NCBI RefSeq assembly: GCF_964355755.1
Contig: NC_092674.1
Location: 10,292,001-10,356,000, forward strand
Length of the DNA: 64,000 nt
Direction: 5' to 3'
From: Antedon mediterranea
Lineage: Eukaryota; Animalia; Echinodermata
Part shown: one piece after another, positions 27,257 through 41,439 of the stretch
How positions within the stretch are numbered: the stretch's first letter is position 1
Layout: each line of letters opens with the position of its first letter
Translations under genes and position numbers: made by a program
The notes under the pieces: model-generated
Databases searched by the model: none
Seen by the model: only the letters and a program-made list of their open reading frames with translations
Told to the model about the DNA's origin: nothing

Positions 27257-27365
27257 TCGAATTGGTTGTGAGAATGTTGGCGTTATCTGCACCGGTTTTT
27301 TCTGTTTTTCTTGTCTTTCTATGCGTGCCCTCTCACGCTCCGATTCTCGTTCTCTCTCCATTGCA
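27257..27365 (-). CDS. lilli: AFF/lilli coding exon (AMERERESERERARIERQEKQKKPVQITPTFSQPIR)
   Basis: Acceptor tttttatttcag and donor gtaagt. The ER-rich helix plus FSQPIR corresponds to AFF ERERRNQE...LFAEPYK. An in-frame ATG at 27361 could be an alternative start. Confidence 0.9.
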
Positions 27366-30300
27366 CTGAAATAAAAAGATAGTGTTTCGTGAAGCCATAT
27401 ATCTCAAAATTGATGTTACACAAAACAGAGATAAAATAAGATTAAACAATAAAATAATCCTTCTTAATACAATCATTTACAAACATAATTTTTCAACATG
27501 AATTCACGAAACATTGATAAGATTTTGTACAATAATATTTAAATAGCCTGTTCCCATAATGTAATACAGTAGTGCCTTGGGATCTAGGAAAGTGTTCCCT
27601 GAATTAGGGTTGGCTTTACTGTTTAAAAAATATATATTTCCTCCTCTCTAGTTTATAATGAAAAGTGTCACCTGAATAGAGGTGTGTGGGCCTTCTACTA
27701 TAATCGCTCAAAAACTACCGTCAATAGTTATAAAGGAGAGACTCCTGCCTCATTCTCTTACTCATTTCCTTTGTTTCGGAGGAAGATCCTAAACCAGCCT
27801 AAACCATGTACAGTAACCTTCTAGGACCCCTGAATTCCTAATCATGCTTAGTACTTTATCTAAATTTGTTCAATATCATAAGCAAATGCTACAGAATCTC
27901 ATGTGTTTCACGCTCCATTATACATTGATACACACACAACATGTGACATACTGTATGGAATTTATTTAGGATACTTGAAAAATATCGTATGTGGAGAGAC
28001 AGCGCTGAGAATAATAACAATTACAAACATGACTAAATATACGGGAAACGAATTGAAATACTATATTTATTATTATTAATAAAGAGAAGATCAATATTGA
28101 ATCTTGAGTTTAAATTGTTTTCTGTAGAAGAAATAAAAAACACAACAGCACTTCATAAATAATCAGAAGCAGAACTGCTTTTCACTGTGAGCAGCTAATG
28201 AGTGGAACAAATTACCATGCCATACTGTTAATGCTTCATTAATAAATACATTTAAAACTTCATTCCCATTTATTTCACAATTTTCATAAAATAATAAACT
28301 ACTGTATCACCTGAAATTTAAACCATAAAGTAGAACTTTGTCTGGATCACGCATATTATTAAGGGATACTTTCTGTAAAATAAACTACAGTATGGAGAAT
28401 ATATATTTTAGCACTATAGCCAAACTCCTATTTAGTGAACCCTGTTAAGGGGACATTTTGTTGAGTTCTTCAAGGAGTGTTGTACTAATGTATATATACA
28501 AATAGGATTTTATACTGTAGTCAGGTTTGTAGAATCTAGTTGAACAAGGTACAGTACTTTATACCTCATATTAATAGATTATTTGAAAAGAAAAGAGTAA
28601 TGAATAAGACAAAGCAAAAACAAATCTTAACAGTAGCTAAATAATCTGAATGAACTTAGAAAGATTTCTTCGAAATGAAACTTATAAGGCGGCCTATGAA
28701 CGGAAGTAACGTAGTTAAATTGATGATAACATTATACTTTCTGTACTTTCTGTATGAATATGTAACCTTTGCACCGTATAATAGCACTGTAAAAGTATAC
28801 TATAAAACACACCAACAATAAACAAACTACAGGTATATCAATTTACTGATGCATGGCTGGTATGGCTGTGATGTTTATTGACAACATAAGGAGTGGACAC
28901 ATGTTAACAACCTCTATTCAGGTGACAATTCACTATTAGTTTAAAGGGGAACTTTGATACAGTAGGCACCAAAAGTCTCCCCTTAATAGGGGGTCTACTG
29001 TAATAATACCATAAGCTTTAATGACAGAAAAAGGATTGCTAAAACGACTGACCCTAGCGGATTTGAAATAGAAACTACTTAAGCATATTGCATATTACAC
29101 TATACACACAAAACAGGAATCTAATTCATCAAAGTCTGACATCAGCAAAATAATGAAATTCAAGCCTATGTATCTTACACATGGATATCATAACATATTA
29201 GAAGTAAATTAGGTCAAATCTTATTGTCTGACCTATATAAATCATTCATTATTGTTCCAATTCAACTATCAATGCACTTCAATCAAGACCAGCATCTTTT
29301 CAAAATGTTTGATAAATATAATATAATGCTCTTTGTGCTCTAAGGGCTATTAAAACCTGTACAAGGCTTTTGCATAGTTAGCCTATGACAATAGAAAGCC
29401 AAAGGGTTAGGTTCGGGATAAAAGGTGAATTGACGTTACGGAAAAATGTTGCAACATTGGAGAATAAGATATAATAAAGGTCTATCTTAAGAAATAACAT
29501 TATGGTTTAGGAAAATATTAGAGACAATAGCTATTATAATATATGATATGTTACATTTATTTCAAAGGGTATTAAAGTGTTGAACTATGCTTTCTTAGTA
29601 TTAGAACCCTGTTAAGAATAGATAAGGCTAGGAGCTTGGCAAGATCAATTACTTTAACTAAAGTACAACACAGACTGCCAACAGACAACATTCGAATATG
29701 CTTGGGTTAATGCTGAATCTAAACACAAGATTCACCTTAAAACTTCCCATAGAATATTACATAATTAAGAATAGTACTCTGTGAAAGTTTCCCGTCACTT
29801 TTTCTAACTTCAGAAAAACATATAACAAATTAAGTTGAGCTACTACTAAAATACTAATCTTTTATTAGGATACAAACCCTAACATAAGACTTTTAAAACT
29901 ATGTCCAAGTCCAATTGGAGAGCAACTCTCTTGACCTTACAGTGGAACTAGTGCACTCACAACCAACTCCTGGTCTATCAATGAAGTTCTTCAACGTTCT
30001 TGCAAAGCAACATCATTTTTGTTTTTTTAAATTAATTATGACATAATATTTCCTCCTACACAATCAAAACTACGTATAAACATTGTTCTATTTTTAGCAC
30101 TTTTTCAATCAAATTAATTATCTGTTTATGTTTTATTACGTCAGGAAAGTCCTCCTCCACCACCTTAACATATACAAAACAAAAATGTAGTGTTGAATTT
30201 TAAAATCATTTTATACTTTTCAAAAAATGTACCATCTTTTAAAGATACTGTGACTCTAACATTCAGTTTTGTTTGATTTTATAGATCTATTTTAACCAAA

Positions 30301-30406
30301 TAAATATCTTCATTAAAATATGAATTATTTTCCTAAAGGTACTGAACATAGGAATCCCTCTCAATCAGTAAAGAGCCCTCACAAACACATCTCATACCAG
30401 CCCCTT

Positions 30407-30655
30407 GTAGACATCCCTCCCCTCAGTAGACATCCCTCCCCTCAGTAGACATCCCTCCCCTCAGTAGACATCCCTCCCCTCAGTAGACATCCCTCCCCTC
30501 AGTAGACATCCCTCCCCTCAGTAGACATCCCTCCCCTCAGTAGACATCCCTCGCCTCAGTAGACATCCCTCCCCTCAGTAGACATCCCTCCCCCTCAATA
30601 GACATCCCTCCCACTCAATAGACATCCCTCCCACTCAGTAGACACCGCTTCCCCT
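30407..30655. repeat. 19-bp minisatellite (CAGTAGACATCCCTCCCCT), about 13 copies
   Basis: Read directly from the sequence. Confidence 0.97.
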
Positions 30656-32036
30656 AAATAAAAAGTAATACAGTAGTTGTATTTACATAAAGTAAACAAC
30701 CTTTTCTCTCAGTAGGATAAAAGTAAATATTCCTTTCCCTGGTACAGGTAAACAACCTCTTTTAATAAAATATAAATTATTTCCCTAAAGGTACTGAATC
30801 TCAGAAATAAAAATCTCTTTATCTGCACTTTAGCAGGGGAAATCCCTTTGAAATGTCATATAACAAAACAATCACGTTTCTCTGAATTATTGATTCAGTA
30901 CAATGATTCTGAAAATAGGAACAAACTAACTATTTATTATTTGTTTAAGATTTTTACACAAAACACTTCAAATTCTAGAGGTAAATTGTCTAAATTTTCC
31001 TAAATCCCTAGCAGAAGATTAATTTTTAAAAATTAGAACAATATCAATCTATATGAAAATATAAGATTGATATGACACAGTAAACTGAGCTTCACTAATA
31101 TAACTTAAATAAATGGATAAGAACATAATTTTACTCATAAAATATTTTTCTTTAACATTTAATTTTACATTTTTAAGTGAAATTTTTATTTTTGGTTCCG
31201 ATCTTCTTTCGAATTGTGAAAATGCTTTATTATTTTATTATGTACAACAATTTCTTGTTAATTCTGGAAGATTTAATTGATGTTTCTGTTAGTTTTTTTA
31301 AAATGTTGTATTTGTTAATCTGAGGCGCCTTGAAGCTAAGGTGGTTCCATCTTGTAAGGCGCCTCTGTGTAATATACTGAATAAAAAAAAAAAAATATTG
31401 TGATCGTCAAGCTACAGTATATAGTTTGGTATACATTTACGGAGGCAATACTCAAAATTGTTTTAATTGAAGAAACTAAATTTTTATTAAACTAATACAT
31501 TGTTTAATTGTTTTAAAACTTGACTTGGCCTAAGTACCACAAAAATGCACATAGTACTGTAGGACGTTTTGGCCGAAACCGTCCAATATCTATCTAGGTA
31601 ACATCATAATATTACATCAAGAAACTTTTGGGCTGGATATTATATTTAGGCTTGGTGAATCTGTAACGATAAAGGAAAGTATCCCAATAGAAATAAGGTA
31701 GGTAAGCTTTTTGGGCTAACCTGGAAAATCTTTTATATGTGTTTATGTGTAATGTCAGTAATTATTGTAAACACTTTTATCAACCTTACTGTGGACATAC
31801 TATATAAGATATAATTCAGCAATGTAAACATTGAAATACGGTAATTACCTGAAATAAAAACATAAGCTATTCTCCTTAATAAACCCTTGCATTTGCAGTT
31901 ATGTCCTTCTTGTAGCAACAGGTTTGATAAAATAAACAAAGACCTTTAAGATCTAAACTACCTGCATTTAACTGCCACAGAATCTTATCGCTGCATTGAT
32001 TACTCCCAGCATTTTTAATAAATACCTAATATAGTA

Positions 32037-32840
32037 TCATTACATAATCAAAAAACATTCCTAACCTTTTACTTGAGAGCCTCTAATTAGGGGACATCTT
32101 TGGGCCCAACAAAATGTACCCCTGAATAGCAGTAGTGTGTTTACTAATAATTACCAGTCCTGTCATTACATAATCAAAAAACATTCCTAACCTTTTACCT
32201 GAGAGCCTCTAATTAGGGGACACCTTTGGGCCCAACAAAATGTACCCCTGAATAGCAGTAGTGTGTTTACTAATAATTACCAGTCCTATCATTACATAAT
32301 CAAAAAACATTCCTAACCTTTTACTTGTCAGTCTACTACAATAGAGGCTCTAATTAGGGGACACCTTTGGGCCCAACAAAATGTACCCCTGAATAGCAGT
32401 AGTGTGTTTACTAATAATTACCAGTCCTATCATTACATAATCAAAAAACATTCCTAACCTTTTACTTGTCAGTCTACTACAATAGAGGCTCTAATTAGGG
32501 GACACCTTTGGGCCCAACAAAATGTACCCCTGAATAGCAGTAGTGTGTTTACTAATAATTACCAGTCCTATCATTACATAATCAAAAAACATTCCTAACC
32601 TTTGTTTACTTGTCAGTCTACTACATTAGAGGCTCTAATTAGGGGACATCTTTGGGCCAACAAAATGTACCCCTGAATAGCAGTAGTGTGTTTACTAATA
32701 ATTACCAGTCCTGTCATTACATAATCAAAAAACATTTCTAACCTTTTACTTGTCAGTCTACTACAGTAGAGGCTCTAATTAGTGGACATCTTTGGGCCCA
32801 ACAAAATGTACCCCTGAATAGCAGTAGTGTGTTTACCAAT
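32037..32840. repeat. Tandem array of 6 units of 126-143 bp, each carrying a MITE core
   Basis: Units start at 32037, 32163, 32289, 32430, 32571 and 32714. Core: ctctaattaggggacacc...tgtacccctgaatag. Confidence 0.92.
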
Positions 32841-34646
32841 ATTATATAACTACCTGTCATGTATGATTTACACAATCAAAAATCAATCAGTCTACTACAT
32901 ACAATAGAACTCCTATTTAGGGAATACCTTTGGATCAACAAAGTGTACCTTTAATAGAGGTTTCTCTTCAGTAGGTGTTGACTATAGTGTTAAAACATTG
33001 CCCCTTGTTCGTTTCATGGGAAATTGTCTTAATAGGGATGTCCTCTAAATAGGGATATCCCCTAAATAAGGGTGTCCCTTAAATAAAGCGAGTCTTCTGA
33101 ATAGTGTTCCAAAGAAAGGGTTCCCTACAATAAAAATCTCCTGAATAATATTATTATAGTTGTTTTAATTCAACAAACCCTGTACCGTATGTATACCAAC
33201 TACTGTACTGTACAGTACTATATACTCCTCTCGCCTTTCTTTTACAACTTGTCCATCCACTAGTAGAAAATGAAAATCCACTCAATCAAATCATTAATTA
33301 AAACAAGTAGTTTTAATTCAACAACTACAGTAGTTGCAAACCCTTCCAAATCAATTGCTGTGTATATCCATCCAACTACAGTACAGTACAACACCACTAT
33401 AAAGTCACAAATTGTAGTTTTCAATTAAATTTTACGCTTCAATGAATTCAAATAGTATTATAAATATTTTCAGAGTATAATGTTCGATAGGATTTTCCCA
33501 GAACAGACCCATCTATTTTTATCAAATCAATATAATTTTACTTCATGATATGTGGTTTTGTGGTATATTGTGTACATTTGTACTTGATTTTTTAATACAC
33601 CTTCTGATATTTGAAACTAAACCCTTCTCATGGAAAGTGTCCCCTTATAAAAGGATGTCCCCTCAATATAGGTTGATTTTTAAAGTGTTATCCTTCTTTA
33701 TGTTCCCTGAATAGGGGTGTTCTAAATGAGGGGTTCTACTATATTGAATGTAAATTAAAGCAGACACCCCTACTATAAGAATGGTATGTTCAGGTTGAAT
33801 AGATAAATTACACTTTTCTTCTAGTAACAATTAATAAATATCATTAAAATAAAAGTATGTAACGGTATACAATTTTTTTTTTAATAGTATAAGGCTTGGT
33901 GTTTCCAATAAAGTATAATCGTATTGGTACGAATTAAAAGTAAACTTACATCATCAAAGAATTAAACTGTTTATTTTTATAAAAATATTTACATTATGTT
34001 TAGATTGTTAGAGATATAGGAAAGTTCGCAGAATTTCATGATCTATTTACTGATATAGCACTAGTAATTAATACGTTAGTTTCTCTTTTACTTTTGGATA
34101 ATATTTATTCAACAAAATGCCAAGGAGACTTGAAAATTTTAAAAATCTAAATCCAATAGAAATTAGCACAATGCCCACAATAGTGTTATTATACCTGAAC
34201 AATTGGTAGGATCACTTAAATTCAACAAAAACTCTAAAAAAATTGAGACAATATTACTAGTTTCCTGGCAACCTAATGACAGTATAAAATATTTTGCAAT
34301 TTCAATTTTATTTAAGATTTAAACAAAACAGTTTAGTAATTTGTTTCTATGATAATTGTTATTTTACAAAATAATATTTTGGTCGATATGAAATGTATTC
34401 TTGATTATTATTTTATATTTTTTATCATAGTTTTGTGCTTTTAAATATTTTATTCAGACCCCAAAGGAAACTAATTCTTTTTTTAAGATCAAATTTGTTG
34501 TCCTGAATCTATTCATCTTCATATGTTTCTCCTTTGTTTTTATTATGATGTTTCATCATTTGACTGCTATTTATGTATTTAATAACCTCTTAATATTTAT
34601 GATGAATTCAAAATAAAAACAAAGAAAAGAAACAATAACCAATACC

Positions 34647-34757
<111 letters not shown>

Positions 34758-36849
34758 TGCCATTGTTTAACTTAAAATATTCTCCTCATTCAACTCATAA
34801 ACATTCACTATTTGCATACACAAGTCAATCAAATATTATTCATATAAAAATATTAAATTTAAAATATTATTATATTTGGCGGTTGACTTTATACATATGT
34901 AAAATATAGTCTCTTTTTTAATGATGAAGAACAGCAGTTGCATTATTCCCTGTTTTAATCATGGTGAAATAAGCTCATTATACTCTGTACCAGTATATCG
35001 GCACCAATTATAATTTACGTTTGTTTTATTCAACTGTCCAGTGATTTTATCTCTACCACCTCTTTTTATGACATTATTATTATAACACAAGTATTTCTAT
35101 TCTACAATTCAGACCTTGTCAATTTTATATTTATATCATTCATTGTTAAAATTTGTCCTAATTAAATTATATATTACGATACTGATGTCTGGTTGCTCTT
35201 CAATATCTTACTTGATGATTTTCTAAATTTGGAACAATACATGTTACCCTGTTGGCGATACCGGCTAAATTTAGCAACTAGGTCCCAAAGCAGAGATTAT
35301 AAGGCATTCATTAAATGTCAACATATTTATTTAAAACACATTAACTATTAAGGGGAATGAAATTCCAAAGAAATTATTTCAGCATTTTCAGCCTACACAT
35401 ATTAGAGTTTTCGATGAAATGAAATGGCTAAATTCTCAACCTTTTTTAAATTGGGGAGAGGGGTAAACCCGAGGGAGAGGCTGGTCTAAAAGGCAAAATG
35501 TTTAAGGAACCCTTCTCAGCATCTCACATGATCATGATACATTCACCCCTGACAAAATTACTACAGTCATCGACCAAGAGATTTAGTCATACAGCTGATT
35601 GATGATCTACACACTGTGGGGTTAAGCTCTACCTTAAGAGTCCTATGGTGGCCTACGGATTTCAGTGCCATTCTATTCAACCGTAACACAGTTTCCTGAA
35701 GGGATTTTATAGAGCAGAAATGCTAAATGCAGATCAACACCTTTTTATAAAAGAAAATAATTTTTTTTAGCTTGGAAATTCTCTATCAGTTTATTATGAT
35801 AGGTTTAAACTATAAGTCCAGTCCTCTGGAATTTTGTAAAAAATAAAAAGACCTCTATAAGGGGACACTTTAACAAGGACAAATATAGGTTTCAACACTC
35901 ACTGATGAAGGGGGAGTTTTTTGGACCCCAAAGGTTTTGCCTAACATGAGTACTGTATTTTAGTACACCTTAAAAGTAGGCCTCTTGGTCCATAATGCTT
36001 TGTCATGGGTTGACAGCAGCATCAAATTGAATTAAGTATTTGGATGACTCTACAAACAAATTCACAGAAAATATTGACAAGAGTTGTGGGATAACAGCTT
36101 CATTTCTGTATGCATTTGGCATATACAGTTCATTCACACTAGGAAAATAAAGACGCTACCAGACTCTTAGAATGGTACATGGTACAATCAGTAATCATAC
36201 ACATCAATTGCTTGTTACGTTCAACAGGACCATGCTGCATTGGAAGTACCCAAAATGCTTGTATACACTTTAGGAACGTATGTAGGCCTACAATTTAAAT
36301 GGAAAACTGAAAAACAAGTGATCTTGATTGTATGGCTAACAGTTTGGTTAGTTTTACAGAGTTGATTTCTGTTGGTTAAATGTACACTATAGAAAAATTG
36401 AGAAAAAACAAAATTCTCGCCTATTCTGAAAACTATAAGGTTATACTATCTTGCTAATCTCTATTCTTTCATCCTATTGCCAAACAAAAGTGCTTTTTTG
36501 TAGCAATATGGTTTGATTTTGAAGAGCTTCTTTTTACAGATTGTATACACTGAAGTGGACAGAGTATAGAAATAATAAATCTGTCATTTAGTATTCTTTT
36601 ATCCATTCATTACATTCATATCCTATCTTAAAGAAGATTAATAGCTTTCATTATTGAAGCAAATATCCCTAGTTAAATAATTCATAAAATATTATTTATC
36701 ATTACAGATATATATTATTATATGACTAACTGAAGCCTTCTGGGAAATATAATTTCTTCTTGTGAGAATCGTAAATTTTGTGGAGGTTTTATTTTATTTG
36801 ATATAATTATTTGTTTTTAAAATATGGACAAACAATAATCCACTGTGAA

Positions 36850-38480
36850 TACAATAGAACCTCTATTAAGGGGACAACTTTGGGATCCAACCTAATGTTC
36901 AAGGGGTGTCTTCTGAATAGTGGTTGTAGTATTAAAACATACAACAGAACCTCTATTAAGGGGACAACTTTGGGATCCAAGCTAATGTTCAAGGGGTGTC
37001 TTCTGAATAGTGGTTGTAGTATTAAAACATACAATAGAACCTCTATTAAGGGGACAACTTTGGGATCCAAGCTAATGTTCAAGGGGTGTCTTCTGAATAG
37101 TGGTTGTAGTATTAAAACATACAATAGAACCTCTATTAAGGGGACAACTTTGGGACCCAAGCTAATGTTCAAGGGGTGTCTTCTGAATAGTGGTCGTAGT
37201 ATTAAAACATACAATAGAACCTCTATTAAGGGGACAACTTTGGGATCCAAGCTAATGTTCAAGGGGTGTCTTCTGAATAGTGGTCGTAGTATTAAAACAT
37301 ACAATAGAACCTCTATTAAGGGGACAACTTTGGGACCCAAGCTAATGTTCAAGGGGTGTCTTCTGAATAGTGGTCGTAGTATTAAAACATACAATAGAAC
37401 CTCTATTAAGGGGACAACTTTGGGACCCAAGCTAATGTTCAAGGGGTGTCTTCTGAATAGTGGTCGTAGTATTAAAACATACAATAGAACCTCTATTAAG
37501 GGGACAACTTTGGGACCCAAGCTAATGTTCAAGGGGTGTCTTCTGAATAGTGGTCGTAGTATTAAAACATACAATAGAACCTCTATTAAGGGGACAACTT
37601 TGGGACCCAAGCTAATGTTCAAGGGGTGTCTTCTGAATAGTGGTCGTAGTATTAAAACATACAATAGAACCTCTATTAAGGGGACAACTTTGGGACCCAA
37701 GCTAATGTTCAAGGGGTGTCTTCTGAATAGTGGTTGTAGTATTAAAACATACAATAGAACCTCTATTAAGGGGACAACTTTGGGACCCAAGCTAATGTTC
37801 AAGGGGTGTCTTCTGAATAGTGGTCGTAGTATTAAAACATACAATAGAACCTCTATTAAGGGGACAACTTTGGGACCCAAGCTAATGTTCAAGGGGTGTC
37901 TTCTGAATAGTGGTCGTAGTATTAAAACATACAATAGAACCTCTATTAAGGGGACAACTTTGGGACCCAAGCTAATGTTCAAGGGGTGTCTTCTGAATAG
38001 TGGTCGTAGTATTAAAACATACAACAGAACCTCTATTAAGGGGACAACTTTGGGACCCAAGCTAATGTTCAAGGGGTGTCTTCTGAATAGTGGTCGTAGT
38101 ATTAAAACATACAATAGAACCTCTATTAAGGGGACAACTTTGGGACCCAAGCTAATGTTCAAGGGGTGTCTTCTGAATAGTGGTTGTAGTATTAAAACAT
38201 ACAATAGAACCTCTATTAAGGGGACAACTTTGGGATCCAAGCTAATGTTCAAGGGGTGTCTTCTGAATAGTGGTCGTAGTATTAAAACATACAATAGAAC
38301 CTCTATTAAGGGGACAACTTTGGGACCCAAGCTAATGTTCAAGGGGTGTCTTCTGAATAGTGGTCGTAGTATTAAAACATACAATAGAACCTCTATTAAG
38401 GGGACAACTTTGGGATCCAAGCTAATGTTCAAGGGGTGTCTTCTGAATAGTGGTTGTAGTATTAAAACATACAATAGAAT
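36850..38480. repeat. 90-bp tandem satellite, 18 near-identical copies; the monomer is a miniature MITE
   Basis: The period is exactly 90 (36850 + 18x90 = 38470). The monomer starts tacaatagaacctctattaaggggaca and contains the inverted tgtcttctgaatagtggt. Confidence 0.97.
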
Positions 38481-41439
38481 CCTCCTTAAAAACACTGTAC
38501 CTTACTTAAGAGTAGACTACAAGCATCCCTATCTAGCTAGGGACACTCAGCAAGGGGACACTCAGCAAGGGGACACTCAGCAAGGGGACTCTTTATTGGG
38601 TCCCAATGGTGTCCCCTTACTACAAGTGGCAATGCATGTTTTAAGACTACTGCCAGTTCCTATTAACTTTATTGGGTGCCTTAATAAAGATGTTTTATTG
38701 TACTAATGTTAGGGATACAATACAAAAATTAGCATGCAAAAACAATGCACTCAGATTCTGTATGTAATATGAATGTTAAAAGATAATGAATTGTTTCTGC
38801 AAAATCATTCTGGCACTATACAAATATAATATGAGTCAGAATGTAAAATAATTCCAAGGTGATTAAATAACTTTAACTAAGAGCTAAGGGTGACTAACAA
38901 GATTTAGGGCAAATAAAAAGAAACTAAGACGGCTCTGACTAATTCTTCGAAGCAGAAATAAAGGAGAAAGCTTAGGTGACAAACTGATGACACAGTGGGT
39001 CAAGCTAATCTGACAACTATTGAAGTAATACTTAATAATTGGAGGAATATGAATAAGGTTATCCATTTAAAGTTTGCAGAAAATATCTAGATAAAACTCC
39101 TCCTTCGGGATATGATTATCCCTATTCAGGAAACACCTATATTAGAGGGACACTTATGTGAAACAAGGAGCATGTTTATGTTTGAATGACCAACCCCTAT
39201 TCAAGGAAAACCATTATTAACGGGACACCTCGTTGGGTGTAGGACAATGCATACAATACCATAACTATGTTGGTCTGAACACACCCGTAATAGTACATAC
39301 TATTATTCACAACTAAATTCTCTTTGCACGTTTTTTTGTTCTCATCTTATTGGAGCACTGAATGTACACTAGTAATAGCATGTTGTATTTAAACATACTC
39401 CCAAGATTTAAGAGGAATGCCTACTGAATAGGGGTTGCCTAAAATGTTAAAACATATTTCATTGGTTTTATGGGAAAGTGTCCCCTTATTAGGGATGTCT
39501 CCCGATTTTGTTCCCAAAGAAGTTTACATTGCATTCAAGGTCATTTGAATGGTCAGAAAGTTCTCTCATTTGGTTTTGCAATTTCAAATTGAATATTGAA
39601 GGGAAGCCATTATCTCTCCAGGTTCATTTATAGTATCCACCTCTTTTCCTTTGGACCTCGATGATTCAGGAAGCACTCTGCACAAGATTAGTTTCAACTA
39701 TGACCTCCAACGATGGTGGCACGATGCCTGCATTGTATTTAGGAAATTCCATTTTTGTAAATTTTCTTGTTACAGTTGGAAATCCTATTGGTGCTAGTTA
39801 TTCATATATAAAATTTTCAATAAACAACAATGGATTTCATCTAATAATTAACAATTAACCTTTAACCTACAGTACCTGTACAGTAGGAAGCTAGCAATGT
39901 ATTAGCCCTTTAGTGGCCACAACATTAACATAATTATTTAATAATACAATGTAAATATTATTACCATTATAAACCTAATATTTCCTATCCTAATATTCTA
40001 TCAAATTTTTTTCACAACATAAATATTTTATATTCTCAATATTTTAAAATTCTTGATATGATGGAAATCTATTTATGTAATATTTAAACCTTTAAAATAA
40101 AGATCATTGTGACATATTACTTCGACTACGTTTCAACATCATCACAATCACACGTCCGCCTCCATGCCAGTTATCTTTAAACAATGGCTCATTGACATTT
40201 AAACATTAGCATTCATTTGATGGATGTACGTTGATTAGCTAAATTCAGAACTGTTTTCGTTAAAATTGAATAAGGTATCAAGATCACAATATGTTTTGAA
40301 TTTGCTTTAGACCTTTAAAGCTGTAAAAATCTACAGAATTATTACAATTTTGTATACGATATATTATTGACCTTTTTAAACCACCACTAATGATTTTAGA
40401 CATTAATTCACAAGCATGTTATCTTTCTTTTGGTTAAATTGATTGATAGTTTATGAAAATTTTTTTTACATATTGTTAACTGGATGGAGGAAAAGTAAAA
40501 AGGAGGAGAGAAAGACAACAAAGAAGATGGAGAGATGAAATACATGACAACGTGGGCGAGAATGGTATGACTAGAAGAAAATAGAAATTGCTGGAGGGCT
40601 TCACCCAACAATGGATGAACACAGCCTGATGATGATAAATGTTAAATGCAAAATAAGTGGACGTAATCCCACACATAACAGTAATTCCATCCCACTGTAG
40701 TGTATACAGCATTCTTAGTGAAGCCCACCCAAAGTCCGCCCTAAATGAATACAGGCCACAATCAGTACATAAGCCAACAATAAAGTATAAGCCAACCATA
40801 ATACACAAGTCCACACAAGTGCAAACCTACTCTTAATTTCAACCAACCTTGTTCTTTGTGATTTCAATCATTATTTGTAGAGGCCTACAACATTTTAATC
40901 ATTGGTTTTACGTCCCTTCCTCTCTTTAAACTTGGCCCAATTCCGTTAAGTTGTACTATGCTGATAACACGAACTAGCAACAGTTGTCCTTTCAAGTGTA
41001 CTCAGCTGAAGTGATAGCTGAATTAGCAGAACCCACAGCATATTCTCGCATAAAAAAGTGTGATCTGGCAGCATGGATTTATTGATAATGCATAGAAGGA
41101 CTAAAATAACTGAAATGTGTAGGTTCAATCCCACTGGGTATTCCTTTAAATTACCATATCGTTAAAGTATTGATTTACATCATGTCATATATTGATAATA
41201 ATTAAAGTTCATCTAGAGATCACAAGTTCAAAATAAATGAGTTTACCACGTAATAATTTTCTACACAAAAACTGCCAATAACATTTCGGTGATTTCGGTT
41301 TGTTTATTTATTAATGACTCTAAAATGTGCATTTATGCAGAACAAGCGTGTCATTCAAAAAGCCTGGACAACTAACGAAATTTGATGATTTGTAAAACAA
41401 TCTGGATACTCATCTTATCTTCGATAATTGCTTAGCGCA

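Noticed and set aside
36850-38480. CRISPR array (also considered for 32037-32840 and 8750-9112)
   Set aside because: The units are contiguous with no unique spacers, there are no cas genes, and the context is a spliceosomal intron.
36807-38706. 631-aa (+) and 562-aa (-) ORFs as real repeat proteins
   Set aside because: They arise because a stop-free 90-bp unit (a multiple of 3) is repeated. Both strands are open, the starts are TTG/GTG, the two main variable sites are non-synonymous on + (S/P, C/R), and the unit is MITE-derived and intronic.
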